Assembly (NCBI GenBank): GCA_964449965.1
Contig: CAYVEO010000006.1
Span: 308-64,307, forward strand
Source of the DNA: an uncultured Planctomycetia bacterium
Lineage (GTDB): Bacteria > Omnitrophota > Gorgyraeia > CAYVEO01
Length of the DNA stretch: 64,000 nt
Direction of reading: 5' to 3'
The translations under genes were made by a program, and so were the position numbers. Positions within the stretch are counted from its first letter, which is position 1, and every line of letters starts with the position of its first letter. Positions 18,365 to 27,906 of this stretch are shown piece after piece. The notes below the pieces were generated by a model. That model was not told the origin of the DNA, did no database searches, and saw nothing but the letters and a program-made list of their open reading frames with translations.

Positions 18365-20014
18365 ATGAAAAAAATACTAATATCCACAGGAATATTGGTG
18401 CTCGTAATATCCCTTGCATTCTATCTCAAGAATGTGCTTGGCAGCGGTGGGTCATTCACCAAGACTGAACATGGCGGGACCGATGTAAATAGTAATTCAA
18501 CTACAGGTGTATATCGTTCTTCAGTAGATAAAACTGCTACAGGACATCCTGCAGCGGCAGGCGAATGTGTCCACTGCCACGAGCAGCATGCCAGCGTAGA
18601 GGGGACAGAACCTGTTCCTACAGGCGGTCCGGATGATTATCTGTTAATGCGTGCCAATGATAATAATCTATGCTATGAGTGTCATACCGGCAGTCTGAAC
18701 AGAATCTGGCCGGGTTCAGGCGCGTTGAATTATGACGGGTCAGGACATGGAAGTACAACCGCATTGTATAACAGCAGGGATGTTAAATTGTGTGTCCAGT
18801 GCCATAACCCGCACGGGGCCATTGATACAGATTACAGTGCCACAAATCCATCCCCGAGAATGACGAGATACATTGAAGAGAAGACCTGCCTGTCTAATAG
18901 CGGTGTCGCAGGTTCAGGGTGCCATGGAAGTTCAGGTAACCCTACAGGCGCAAAAAATATATATTCACTTTTCTATTCCAAAACATACAGGCACCCGCTT
19001 TCTCCTGCATTGGACGCTGTAAAAGGCAAGACAGGCGTGCATAGTTCGTTAGAATCCCAGTCAGCATATCCTACAGGGACTGCCTTTTATGGCGCTAACC
19101 GGCACGTGGAATGTGTTGACTGCCATAATCCTCACATGGCGAGAAATAATGGGACTGCCGGCAATAGTACCCATACGGCGACAGGCGCCGCATATCCTGC
19201 CCCGACTAACATTGCATCAAGGGCACTCTTAGGCACATGGGGTGTAGCGCCGACATACGGAGGGACTGCATGGGTAGCGCCTACCAGTTGGACTGTGCGG
19301 AATTTTACAACCGTGGATGATACAGCCAACAAAGAACATCAACTTTGTTTTAAATGTCATTCATCTTTTGCCTACGGCGGGACGCCGCCGACAGGTTATA
19401 CAGACCAGTCCATTGAATTTAACCCGAATAACAAGTCCTTTCACCCGGTCTATCAGGCATTTAATGTAGCCCCTCTGCATACCAATTCCTATACTACGCC
19501 TTCTGCTAATAATGGAAACATACAAACGATGGCAGCCCCGTTTAATACAACCAGCCCAAAGACGATGTATTGCAGTGACTGCCATGGGAGCGAGACTGAT
19601 GCAGACCCCGAGGGTCCGCATGGGTCAAATAATCAGTATATCATAATACGTTCCACGTCTGCTACAGATAATACATTATGTCTGAAGTGTCATCTAAGTA
19701 CTGTTTATACCCCGGCAAGCGCCCCTGGGTCGGGAACTGAGACAGGGACTAGATTTGACCAGCAGACAACAGGTGATGGTAGTGCAAATCATTATAACCA
19801 TGCAGTAAGCCGTGGTAAGTTCTGCCGGGACTGCCATGCAGGGACACAAATAGCGGCAGTGGGTAACAACCCTGCGGCATTAGCACCAGGGTCTGTTCAT
19901 GGAACAAACCTGGCTACAGGTTTTATGAACGGTGTAAATATAAATGTTTATTCAGCAGGCAGTTGTGACCCAGCCTGCCATGCCACTAAGACATACACTG
20001 CAGGCGTAGAATGA
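18365..20014 (+). CDS. multiheme c-type cytochrome (8 CxxCH plus one CX3CH-type CDPACH)
   Basis: Signal anchor. Motifs CVHCH, CYECH, CVQCH, CVDCH, CFKCH, CSDCH, CLKCH, CRDCH and an atypical CDPACH near the C-terminus. Confidence 0.75.
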   Translation: MKKILISTGILVLVISLAFYLKNVLGSGGSFTKTEHGGTDVNSNSTTGVYRSSVDKTATGHPAAAGECVHCHEQHASVEGTEPVPTGGPDDYLLMRANDNNLCYECHTGSLNRIWPGSGALNYDGSGHGSTTALYNSRDVKLCVQCHNPHGAIDTDYSATNPSPRMTRYIEEKTCLSNSGVAGSGCHGSSGNPTGAKNIYSLFYSKTYRHPLSPALDAVKGKTGVHSSLESQSAYPTGTAFYGANRHVECVDCHNPHMARNNGTAGNSTHTATGAAYPAPTNIASRALLGTWGVAPTYGGTAWVAPTSWTVRNFTTVDDTANKEHQLCFKCHSSFAYGGTPPTGYTDQSIEFNPNNKSFHPVYQAFNVAPLHTNSYTTPSANNGNIQTMAAPFNTTSPKTMYCSDCHGSETDADPEGPHGSNNQYIIIRSTSATDNTLCLKCHLSTVYTPASAPGSGTETGTRFDQQTTGDGSANHYNHAVSRGKFCRDCHAGTQIAAVGNNPAALAPGSVHGTNLATGFMNGVNINVYSAGSCDPACHATKTYTAGVE

Positions 20015-20835
20015 GATGGCTGCTCACAGGTCTTATCTTTGCAGGATTAGTCTGGGGGACAGTCTTTTTGGTCTTTCGCCAGTTAAAGCATCCAAAGAGA
20101 CTGAGGGGTTGGCTGATTACAGGGTTTCATGTATCTCTGGCTTTAGGTTTTTTGTTTCTCATATTAAGTAAACTGTTCAGGTTTGATGGAGAAATTGTTC
20201 TGGCTGAAGGACAGACTTTAAGGGAGGTTCATTCCGATTATATTTTTACACATGAGGGTCCGCTTTTTAAAGAGAATCACAAGGGTTTTTCATTGAGGTT
20301 AGATAAATTAGAATTAAGGCGTCCTCAGGGCATAGAAGAATATGTGAGCCATGTTACCTTACAATCAGGAAACAATAGTCCCATAAAAGCAGACGTGAGA
20401 GTCAATCACCCGTATAAATTTGAAGGGTTTTATATATATCATTTCAGGCAGGGTTTTTCTCCGTCTCTACTCATTAAAGATGCAGAGGGCAAAATTTTAT
20501 TGAATTCATTTGTGAATCTAAGCATAGTGAAGGATGAAAAAAACAGGGAAATCTCTCAGGATGAGGTGCGGTTAAGTAGTGAACGTCTTAACTTAAACTT
20601 GAAGTATTTCCCGGATAAAAAGAATTTACATATAGCTATTAAAGAGCATGAAGAATCCTCAAGTGAAGAAGTTATGGCACTCGGGGAGACCAGAAAGATA
20701 GGCGATTATAATCTCACCTTTAAGGAACTCAGGCGATGGAGCGGTCTCCGCTTGGTAAAAGACCCGTATCTTAATATGGTGTACTTCGGCTTTGTCTTAG
20801 GGATTATCTTTTTAGCAGGGATTATACTGATATGA
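20011..20835 (+). CDS. ResB/Ccs1-like cytochrome c biogenesis protein, second short copy
   Basis: N-terminal TM pair, periplasmic domain and C-terminal TM. Positioned directly upstream of a second ccsA, mirroring the 4180-6301 arrangement. Confidence 0.55.
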   Translation: MRWLLTGLIFAGLVWGTVFLVFRQLKHPKRLRGWLITGFHVSLALGFLFLILSKLFRFDGEIVLAEGQTLREVHSDYIFTHEGPLFKENHKGFSLRLDKLELRRPQGIEEYVSHVTLQSGNNSPIKADVRVNHPYKFEGFYIYHFRQGFSPSLLIKDAEGKILLNSFVNLSIVKDEKNREISQDEVRLSSERLNLNLKYFPDKKNLHIAIKEHEESSSEEVMALGETRKIGDYNLTFKELRRWSGLRLVKDPYLNMVYFGFVLGIIFLAGIILI

Positions 20836-21605
20836 AGTTAGAGTTTTTACTTATCTGGCTCACCATTCTCTTATATGCAATTGCTGCATTCGGGTATTTA
20901 GTGAGCGTTGTATTTGATAAGAAAAAAAGAATGGATATTTTAACATGGTCAGGCTGGCTCATCCATACATTTGCGATTATATGGCGTTGGTTCCGTATTG
21001 GCCATCCGCCATTTTTAAGTTTATTTGAATTGGTATCCTTAGGTGCATGGTTGACAATCCTGATATTTTTACTATTCAGTATAAGGCAGAGTAAAGGACG
21101 GGTATTAGGAGCAATAGTCCTGCCCTGGACATTTATATCTTTGGGCGTAGTCCTAAATACCCCAACTGCACCGGTTCCGTTAAATCCGGCGTTAAAGAGT
21201 TTCTGGCTATATATCCATATCGGGTTTGCTTTATTTACATACGGCTCTTATATCCTTTCAGCATCAGCGGCTGTCCTGTATCTGACAAAAAGAATGGAAG
21301 AGATGGATAAACTAAGTTATCGCTTTATACTCTTAGGTTTTTTGACACACGCCATCATGATAGTATCCGGTGCTGTCTGGGCAAATTTGGCATGGGGCAG
21401 ATACTGGGCATGGGACCCTATTGAGACATGGTCACTTCTTACGTGGATTTTATACGGGGGGTATCTACACTTAAGGTTAATTAAAGGGTGGAGAGGGAAA
21501 AGGTGTGCATGGATTTCCATTATCTCTTTGATTTTAATCATAATCTGTTTCTGGGGTGTGCCGGTCTTTTCCAGGACAATCCATGCTTTTGGAAAATTTT
21601 TTTAA
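20832..21605 (+). CDS. ccsA: CcsA-type cytochrome c biogenesis protein, second copy
   Basis: The WANLAWGRYWAWDPIETWSLLTWILYGGYLHLR Trp-rich signature. Polytopic. Confidence 0.8.
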   Translation: MKLEFLLIWLTILLYAIAAFGYLVSVVFDKKKRMDILTWSGWLIHTFAIIWRWFRIGHPPFLSLFELVSLGAWLTILIFLLFSIRQSKGRVLGAIVLPWTFISLGVVLNTPTAPVPLNPALKSFWLYIHIGFALFTYGSYILSASAAVLYLTKRMEEMDKLSYRFILLGFLTHAIMIVSGAVWANLAWGRYWAWDPIETWSLLTWILYGGYLHLRLIKGWRGKRCAWISIISLILIIICFWGVPVFSRTIHAFGKFF

Positions 21606-21608
21606 ATT

Positions 21609-22607
21609 ATGTTAAACTTACTTAATAATTATCTCCATGATTTATCATCCGCCTGCTGGTTTGTTACAGTCATAGTGGTATGGTTTTTATATCAGGAAAT
21701 TTCAAAAGAAGGCAGTGAGACTGCCTATAAAATATGGCAAAGGTTTTTTGGCAAGGCAAATATTTTATTCTGGGTAAGTCTGGTTTTAGTGCTTGTGACA
21801 GGTGTCCTCCGTGCTTTAACCTACCAGAGATTAGAATGGGTAGATAGTTTAGGGACAAAACAGGTTTACCTCTTAATCATAAAGCATATTTTTTTCGCAA
21901 TCATGGTGTTTAGCGGTATCTTCATCTGGCATAGATTAGCAAGGAGAATGCAAATCAAATCCTCAGTTCTAATCTGGCTCGGTATAACACTGCTCCTTTT
22001 AATGGTATCCTTTAATATCGGCTGGAAGGTAACTGAAAATAATATGAAGACCCGCAGTAAATTAGTCCTTTTCCATGCCATGCCTTTGAGTTATTTCTAC
22101 CATGGAGAGACTGGTAAGAATCTGGAGGAATTAAGTTATAAGCGGACAGAAGGTAGATATGGGTGGAGTATCCCTTGCAATAATTGCCAGTTTGACGGGA
22201 AGAAGGGATTTGTTGAAGATTGTGAGGTAGGGAACTTCTGTTTAATACCTTTTGAAGGAATAGAGGTTTTGCTCTGGGTTGGTATGGATTTTTATGGTGA
22301 CCAGTATAAAGTGACAATAGACCCTGGCGGAAAAAATGAATTAGACGCAGGGTTGATTAATACCTGTGCAAATGCTGAATTAAAAGAGGTCTATCAATCA
22401 GGCAGAGAGCCGATGAAAAGAATTATTGACCCAAATAAACCGTTAGAGAGGTTTACTCAGGGAGAAAGATACATTCAGGCTTTTAAACTCTGCTCCGGTC
22501 TGAAGCCAGGCAAACACATACTCCGACTTGAACATATATGGAGAGAAGAACTTGATTCTGGAGGCCCTGATTTTAACCACCTTTATGCTGTGGAGATAAG
22601 AAGATGA
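21609..22607 (+). CDS. membrane protein of unknown function (about 4 N-terminal TM helices plus a Cys-containing periplasmic domain)
   Basis: Hydrophobic N-terminal 150 aa. C-terminal soluble domain with CNNCQ...C..C spacing. No family recognised. Confidence 0.4.
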   Translation: MLNLLNNYLHDLSSACWFVTVIVVWFLYQEISKEGSETAYKIWQRFFGKANILFWVSLVLVLVTGVLRALTYQRLEWVDSLGTKQVYLLIIKHIFFAIMVFSGIFIWHRLARRMQIKSSVLIWLGITLLLLMVSFNIGWKVTENNMKTRSKLVLFHAMPLSYFYHGETGKNLEELSYKRTEGRYGWSIPCNNCQFDGKKGFVEDCEVGNFCLIPFEGIEVLLWVGMDFYGDQYKVTIDPGGKNELDAGLINTCANAELKEVYQSGREPMKRIIDPNKPLERFTQGERYIQAFKLCSGLKPGKHILRLEHIWREELDSGGPDFNHLYAVEIRR

Positions 22608-23329
22608 AAAAAATCATAATCGGGTTTTCTCTGGTTGGGATGAGTATTTTATGGACATCTACATGGGGTGAGTCTGAAAAAGAGGCGTCAGCAAAACTGG
22701 AAGAGATGATTCATGTGCCGGCAGGTAAATTTATCATGGGTGCGAACGATGGTGAAGATGATGAAAAGCCCATGCACGATGTTTCTTTAAAAGGATTTTA
22801 CATAGATAAGTATGAGGTCACAAATGGCCAGTATAAGAAATTTAAACCGGACCATACCTTCCCTGCGGGGAGGGAAGATTTTCCTGTAGTGAACGTTTCG
22901 TGGTATGATGCAAATGAATATGCCAAATGGGCGGGTAAGCGTCTGCCTGCACAGGCGGAATGGGAAAAGGCTTCAAGAGGGACAGACGGCAGAAAATGGC
23001 CATGGGGAAATGTATGGGACAAGAATAAGTGTAATACCAGTGACAGTGAAATATGGGATTCTCTAAAAGTTGGAAGTTATCCGCAAGGGGTATCACCTTA
23101 TGGCTGCTATGATATGGCAGGCAATGTATGGGAATGGACATACGAAGACTATGAGCCATATCCAGGCAATACTATAAAAAATTCACATTATGGAGAAGGA
23201 CAAAAGGTAATGAAAGGCGGTTCATGGTTTGGATATGGCGACCATGGGGCACGGTGCAGCGACAGATACATAAGCATGCCTTATGTTAAGGATGAGATGA
23301 TAGGGTTCAGGTGCGCGAAAGATGAATAA
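22604..23329 (+). CDS. secreted FGE-sulfatase (SUMF1/formylglycine-generating-enzyme-like) domain protein
   Basis: Signal peptide. Segments KGFYIDKYEVTNGQYKKF, NVSWYDANEYAKWAGKRLP, YDMAGNVWEWT and MKGGSWFGYGDHGARCSDR are characteristic of the FGE-sulfatase fold. Confidence 0.7.
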   Translation: MKKIIIGFSLVGMSILWTSTWGESEKEASAKLEEMIHVPAGKFIMGANDGEDDEKPMHDVSLKGFYIDKYEVTNGQYKKFKPDHTFPAGREDFPVVNVSWYDANEYAKWAGKRLPAQAEWEKASRGTDGRKWPWGNVWDKNKCNTSDSEIWDSLKVGSYPQGVSPYGCYDMAGNVWEWTYEDYEPYPGNTIKNSHYGEGQKVMKGGSWFGYGDHGARCSDRYISMPYVKDEMIGFRCAKDE

Positions 23330-24794
23330 ACGGGTCCTTCTGATAACGCCGCCGTACCACTGCGGGGTTGTAGAATCTGCAGGAAGGTGGCCTAACTTAG
23401 CATTCATTTACATTGCAGGAGAGTTACGCAAGGCAGGTTTTGAGGTGGCTATATACGATGCCATGTCAAAGTTTACAGGATATGACGAGATTGAGACTGA
23501 GATATATGAGTTCAAGCCGGATTTTGTAGGGTCAACTGCTATTACTGCTACTCTCTATGCCGCCGTAGAGGTGCTGAAAAGGGCAAAGAGGATTAACAAT
23601 AAAATTATTACCCTTTTAGGAGGGGTCCACCCAACATTCATGTGGGAGGAGGTTCTTAGAGATTATCATGAGGATGTTGATTTCTGCATATTAGGTGAAG
23701 GTGAGAGGACAATCCCTGAGTTACTCGGCACTATTCTAAAAGAAGGAGATGTATCAAAGATAAAGGGGGTAGCTTACTGGGAAAAAGAAAGAGCAGTCAG
23801 TACCCAGCCGAGGGAATTTATTCAAGACCTTGATTCAATAGACGGGGCATGGGACATTGTGGACTGGAGTGATTATCCATTATATTTCATTGACAATTCT
23901 CACGTCTCCATTGTAAGTTCCTCAAGGGGGTGTATTCATGAGTGCGCCTTCTGTTCCCAGCATAAATTCTGGCAGGGAAGTTACAGGGAAAGAAATCCAT
24001 TTCAGTTTACAGATGAGATAGAATATATCCATAAAAGATTCGGCGTTAACGTATTCTTTATAGCAGATGAATATCCGACGAGAAACAGGGAACGCTGGCT
24101 AAAAATACTTGACACATTGATTGAAAGGAATCTGGGCATATACATCCTGTTAGAGACATGCGTTGAGGATATAATACGTGACAGTGATATCCTGTGGAAA
24201 TACAGGGCGGCAGGCGTTCTCTTCATATACGTCGGGGTGGAGGCTACGAGTCAGAAAAGGCTTGACCTGTTCAAAAAAGAGCTCAAGTTTGAACAGTCCA
24301 GGGAGGCAATAAGATTAATTAAAGATGCAGGAATGATATGCGAGAGTTCGCTTATACTTGGTATGCCTGATGAGACTAAGGAGACAATTGCCGAGACCTT
24401 ACAGCTTGCTAAGATATACGATTCTGACTATATGCACTTTTTAATGATAGCCCCGTGGCCCTATGCAAATATATACAAGGACCTTGAGCCTTTTATTGAG
24501 ATAAAGGATTATTCTAAGTATAACTTAGTATACCCCATAATAAAACCAAAGGGAATGGTCCGGGATGATGTCCTGAAAGAGGTCCTAACCTGTTATAAGA
24601 GTTATTATATGGATAAATTGCCGTCGTGGTATTGGATGACTGGCAATGACCTGAAACGCGATTGTTTGTTAAAGGGCATGAAGGCTATTGTGGAGAACTC
24701 ATTCCTGAAAGACCACATGAAAGGATTAGGCAGTATGCCGGAGGAATTGAGGAAATATATTATAACAGCAAAGACAGAAGAGGTGTACTTTTAA
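23322..24794 (+). CDS. B12-binding-domain radical SAM protein
   Basis: N-terminal Rossmann-like B12-binding region (LLITPP..., LLGGVHPT). CIHECAFC (CX3CX2C) radical SAM cluster motif. Confidence 0.8.
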   Translation: MNKRVLLITPPYHCGVVESAGRWPNLAFIYIAGELRKAGFEVAIYDAMSKFTGYDEIETEIYEFKPDFVGSTAITATLYAAVEVLKRAKRINNKIITLLGGVHPTFMWEEVLRDYHEDVDFCILGEGERTIPELLGTILKEGDVSKIKGVAYWEKERAVSTQPREFIQDLDSIDGAWDIVDWSDYPLYFIDNSHVSIVSSSRGCIHECAFCSQHKFWQGSYRERNPFQFTDEIEYIHKRFGVNVFFIADEYPTRNRERWLKILDTLIERNLGIYILLETCVEDIIRDSDILWKYRAAGVLFIYVGVEATSQKRLDLFKKELKFEQSREAIRLIKDAGMICESSLILGMPDETKETIAETLQLAKIYDSDYMHFLMIAPWPYANIYKDLEPFIEIKDYSKYNLVYPIIKPKGMVRDDVLKEVLTCYKSYYMDKLPSWYWMTGNDLKRDCLLKGMKAIVENSFLKDHMKGLGSMPEELRKYIITAKTEEVYF

Positions 24795-24796
24795 AG

Positions 24797-27259
24797 GTGC
24801 GGGAAATTATATCATGCGTGATTCTTACTGTAATATTGTTATTATGGACACATCCTGCATCAGGAGCAGATTTCAAAGGTTACACAAGCGTTACCTACGA
24901 AAATGTGGACCAGGACGTCCAGTCTTATTACCGGTGGCAGGAGAGTATGCACCTTAGTTTTAAGGACCAGTTTATGGGCAAAAACATATTGGGTATAGAT
25001 ACAGACACAATATTGGACCAGAGAAGTGACAGGTCTTACAGTGATTTTTTACCATCAGGGTATCTTACTTTACAGGGAGAGGATTACAATTTTTACACCA
25101 GATACAGTGAATTTGAAAACAAGGGCTATCAGCAAGGGGGAAGCCTTAAGACAGATACGATTGATACTACATTGAGATTAACTATGGATAAAATACCAGA
25201 GATGACATTAAGTTATAGCGAGAACAACTCTATAGATGGACTTGACCCTCACCTTTCAGATAATACGAGTCAGACAAAATCTATCATAACCAATTATCCT
25301 TTAGGCACAAGCAAGGTATTCCTCACCTATTCAGAGCAGGATTTTATTAACCGAGCCACAGGTGTAGTCAGTTCTACTCTTCTTAACCCTGCCGGTATAG
25401 CAGTTGATGGGGCAGGAAACATATATGCAGCAGACAGGGGTAATAACAGAATCGTAAAGTTCGATTCATCAGGCAACCTGCTTAATACCTATGGCAGTTT
25501 TGGCGGGGGTGACGGACAATTCAATGCCCCGGAGGGTATAGCCATTGACAGCGGCGGTAATATCTACGTAGCAGATACACAAAACAATAGAGTCCAGAAA
25601 TTAAGGTCTGATGGAACATTCTTATTATCATGGGGAAGGATAGGCTCAAACGATGGTGAGTTCCTCTATCCCGAAGGGATAGCGGTTGATTCAAGCGGCA
25701 ATGTATATGTGGCAGATACTGAGAACCACAGGATTCAAAAATTTGATTCAGATGGTAACCATATTTTGTCATGGGGAAGTCTTGGTTCAGGTAATCAACA
25801 GTTCTCTGACCCTGCAGGTATAGCAATTGATTCAAGCGGCAATGTATATGTGGCAGATACTGAGAATCACAGGGTGATTAAATTTGATTCATCAGGTAAT
25901 TTTATTACCAAATGGGGAAGTTTTGGCACTGATAACGGGTTCTTCTCATCGCCTGAGGGCATAGCAGTGGATGGTAGTTTTTTTGTCTATGTAGCTGACA
26001 CAAATAACCACAGGGTCCAGAAATTTGACTTGTTTGGCACTTTTATTACAAAATGGGGGGGATTTGGTTCAGGCGACGCACAATTTTCCGCGCCCCAGGG
26101 TATAACTGCTGACAGGTTCGGATTTGTCTATGCAGCAGATACGTTGAATAACAGGGTGCAAAAGTTCCAGGCAGACGGAACATTTGTTACCAAGTGGGGC
26201 GGTTTTGAGACAACTGCAATACCTGAGGAACGCCGGTCTACAAGCAGTTCTTTAGGATATAATTTTTCTCTGGAACCCTTTGAGGTAGTGAATATATCAG
26301 GTAATTATAGCATATACGAATACAGGAACATGATTCAGGACATTCTCCAGAGTGAAACACTGACCCAGAATATATCTATTCAGACCAATATTACCCCTAT
26401 GGATAAGGTTACGCTCTCTGCCAGGTTTTCAGGTAACCTGCTTGAATTTGAAGATACTAATAGCACGAGTGAGAGTTCTAATATAACTGAATCATATACG
26501 ATTGGGTTAGAGCCTTACAATAATACCTTCGTTTCCACAGGTTATACCACGTACCTGTCAAAGATTGAGGGGGGCAGCAAGAGTGAGAATAACTCAGTAT
26601 TTATCAATTTCTCAGGTAAACTATCTAATATAGCCGATATAAATACGAATTATTCCAATTCAAGAAATGAATTAGATTCCGTGCTTGTTTCTGAGACAGA
26701 TGCAGGAGGAATATCAACGAGTCTTGGGGTTAGAGAGGGGATAGACCTGAATTTAGCCTACAATATCACCTCAACAAAAAGTATCCAGTCAAATTCCAAA
26801 AGTTTGACTGATACATTGAGCACCAATCTCTATACAACACCCACTCGTAAATCCTCCAGTATATTGAGTTATAATATATCTGATACAAGGATTAAATCCG
26901 AGGATTCTTCATCCAAGGCAGGGCAGGAGAATCTCTCGTTTGACCTGACGTATAAATTTACTCCTGCATTATTCGCATCCAGCGGCATTGACTACTACCT
27001 GAACAAACCGGATAGCGGAGATAAAAGCGACGAGATAGTCTTGTCAGGCGGATTGAGCTGGAGATGGAAGGAATGGCTTGACCTGAATTTATCCTATTTA
27101 GACAGACAGGATACCAGTTCGAACCAGACCCTTAACGGGCAGATGGTATTCAGGCTCAAAAACCAGACCTATATAAACCTGAGCCATCAGATATATAGCC
27201 AGGAAGAATCTACCGGTAATAGACAGGTTACGTATATACAGGTAACGAAGAGTTTTTAA
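24797..27259 (+). CDS. large secreted protein: N-terminal NHL-repeat propeller fused to a C-terminal beta-rich outer-membrane-like domain (GTG start at 24797 preferred over 24662)
   Basis: Signal peptide CVILTVILLLWTHPASGA. About seven NHL repeats (IYAADRGNNRIVKFD, IYVADTQNNRVQKL, VYVADTENHRIQKFD and others). Ser/Thr/Asn-rich beta-strand-like C-terminal 450 aa ending in ...VTKSF (aromatic terminus typical of OM barrels). Confidence 0.6.
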   Translation: MREIISCVILTVILLLWTHPASGADFKGYTSVTYENVDQDVQSYYRWQESMHLSFKDQFMGKNILGIDTDTILDQRSDRSYSDFLPSGYLTLQGEDYNFYTRYSEFENKGYQQGGSLKTDTIDTTLRLTMDKIPEMTLSYSENNSIDGLDPHLSDNTSQTKSIITNYPLGTSKVFLTYSEQDFINRATGVVSSTLLNPAGIAVDGAGNIYAADRGNNRIVKFDSSGNLLNTYGSFGGGDGQFNAPEGIAIDSGGNIYVADTQNNRVQKLRSDGTFLLSWGRIGSNDGEFLYPEGIAVDSSGNVYVADTENHRIQKFDSDGNHILSWGSLGSGNQQFSDPAGIAIDSSGNVYVADTENHRVIKFDSSGNFITKWGSFGTDNGFFSSPEGIAVDGSFFVYVADTNNHRVQKFDLFGTFITKWGGFGSGDAQFSAPQGITADRFGFVYAADTLNNRVQKFQADGTFVTKWGGFETTAIPEERRSTSSSLGYNFSLEPFEVVNISGNYSIYEYRNMIQDILQSETLTQNISIQTNITPMDKVTLSARFSGNLLEFEDTNSTSESSNITESYTIGLEPYNNTFVSTGYTTYLSKIEGGSKSENNSVFINFSGKLSNIADINTNYSNSRNELDSVLVSETDAGGISTSLGVREGIDLNLAYNITSTKSIQSNSKSLTDTLSTNLYTTPTRKSSSILSYNISDTRIKSEDSSSKAGQENLSFDLTYKFTPALFASSGIDYYLNKPDSGDKSDEIVLSGGLSWRWKEWLDLNLSYLDRQDTSSNQTLNGQMVFRLKNQTYINLSHQIYSQEESTGNRQVTYIQVTKSF

Positions 27260-27260
27260 T

Positions 27261-27283
27261 GTAGGACGGGCGTCTCGCCTGTC
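27261..27283. repeat. GC-rich palindromic hairpin GTAGGACGGGCGTCTCGCCTGTC just after the stop codon (terminator-like); near-identical copy at 49018-49040
   Basis: The stem GACGGGCG/CGCCTGTC is read from the sequence. The second copy GTAGGACAGGCGTCCCGCCTGTC is a perfect palindrome. Confidence 0.5.
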
Positions 27284-27305
27284 AACCTAATTCACAGGAG
27301 GTATT

Positions 27306-27893
27306 ATGAAATTTATCAGATGTTATTTACTTATAATCGTTCTGATATTTTTATGTGGCTGCGGCTCGGCATTGAGGGTTTATCTCCATCCCCAGACTGA
27401 TATCGGAGGCATAAAAAAGGTTGCAGTGGTCCCATTTTCCAATCTCTCAGCTGACCATTTTGCAGGTGAGCGTGTAACTAATGCATTTATAACCGAACTC
27501 TTGATAAGGACAAACGTGGAGATAGTTGAGGAAGGAGAGTTGGTTAAGGGATTAAAAGAAATCGGAATAGACCATGGTTCCGGGGTTAATTTAGAAAAAT
27601 CTCTTGATGTGGCTAAACTTCAAAAATTGGGAAAATCACTCGGTGCCCAGGGAATAGTCCTGGGTTCAGTGGACCAGTATGATATGGTTAGGATAGGGGC
27701 AGAGTCATACCCGGTTATCACATTGACTGTCCGGCTTTTAGACGTAGAGACCGGTGGTATTATGTGGATGTCAAGCTTTTCAAAAAAAGGCGGACCTGGC
27801 AGTATCCCATTCATAAGTGCAGGAGAGGTCTATACGTTGAGTGAACTTACCCAGAAGGTAGCAAGACAGATTGTGTCGTCGCTGGGAGAATAA
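27306..27893 (+). CDS. lipoprotein of unknown function (VAVVPFSN motif family)
   Basis: Lipobox LCGCGS. The KKVAVVPFSNLS...GERV...EL...VEIVE pattern is shared with the next gene. Confidence 0.5.
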   Translation: MKFIRCYLLIIVLIFLCGCGSALRVYLHPQTDIGGIKKVAVVPFSNLSADHFAGERVTNAFITELLIRTNVEIVEEGELVKGLKEIGIDHGSGVNLEKSLDVAKLQKLGKSLGAQGIVLGSVDQYDMVRIGAESYPVITLTVRLLDVETGGIMWMSSFSKKGGPGSIPFISAGEVYTLSELTQKVARQIVSSLGE

Positions 27894-27906
27894 TAATGGA
27901 GGAATT

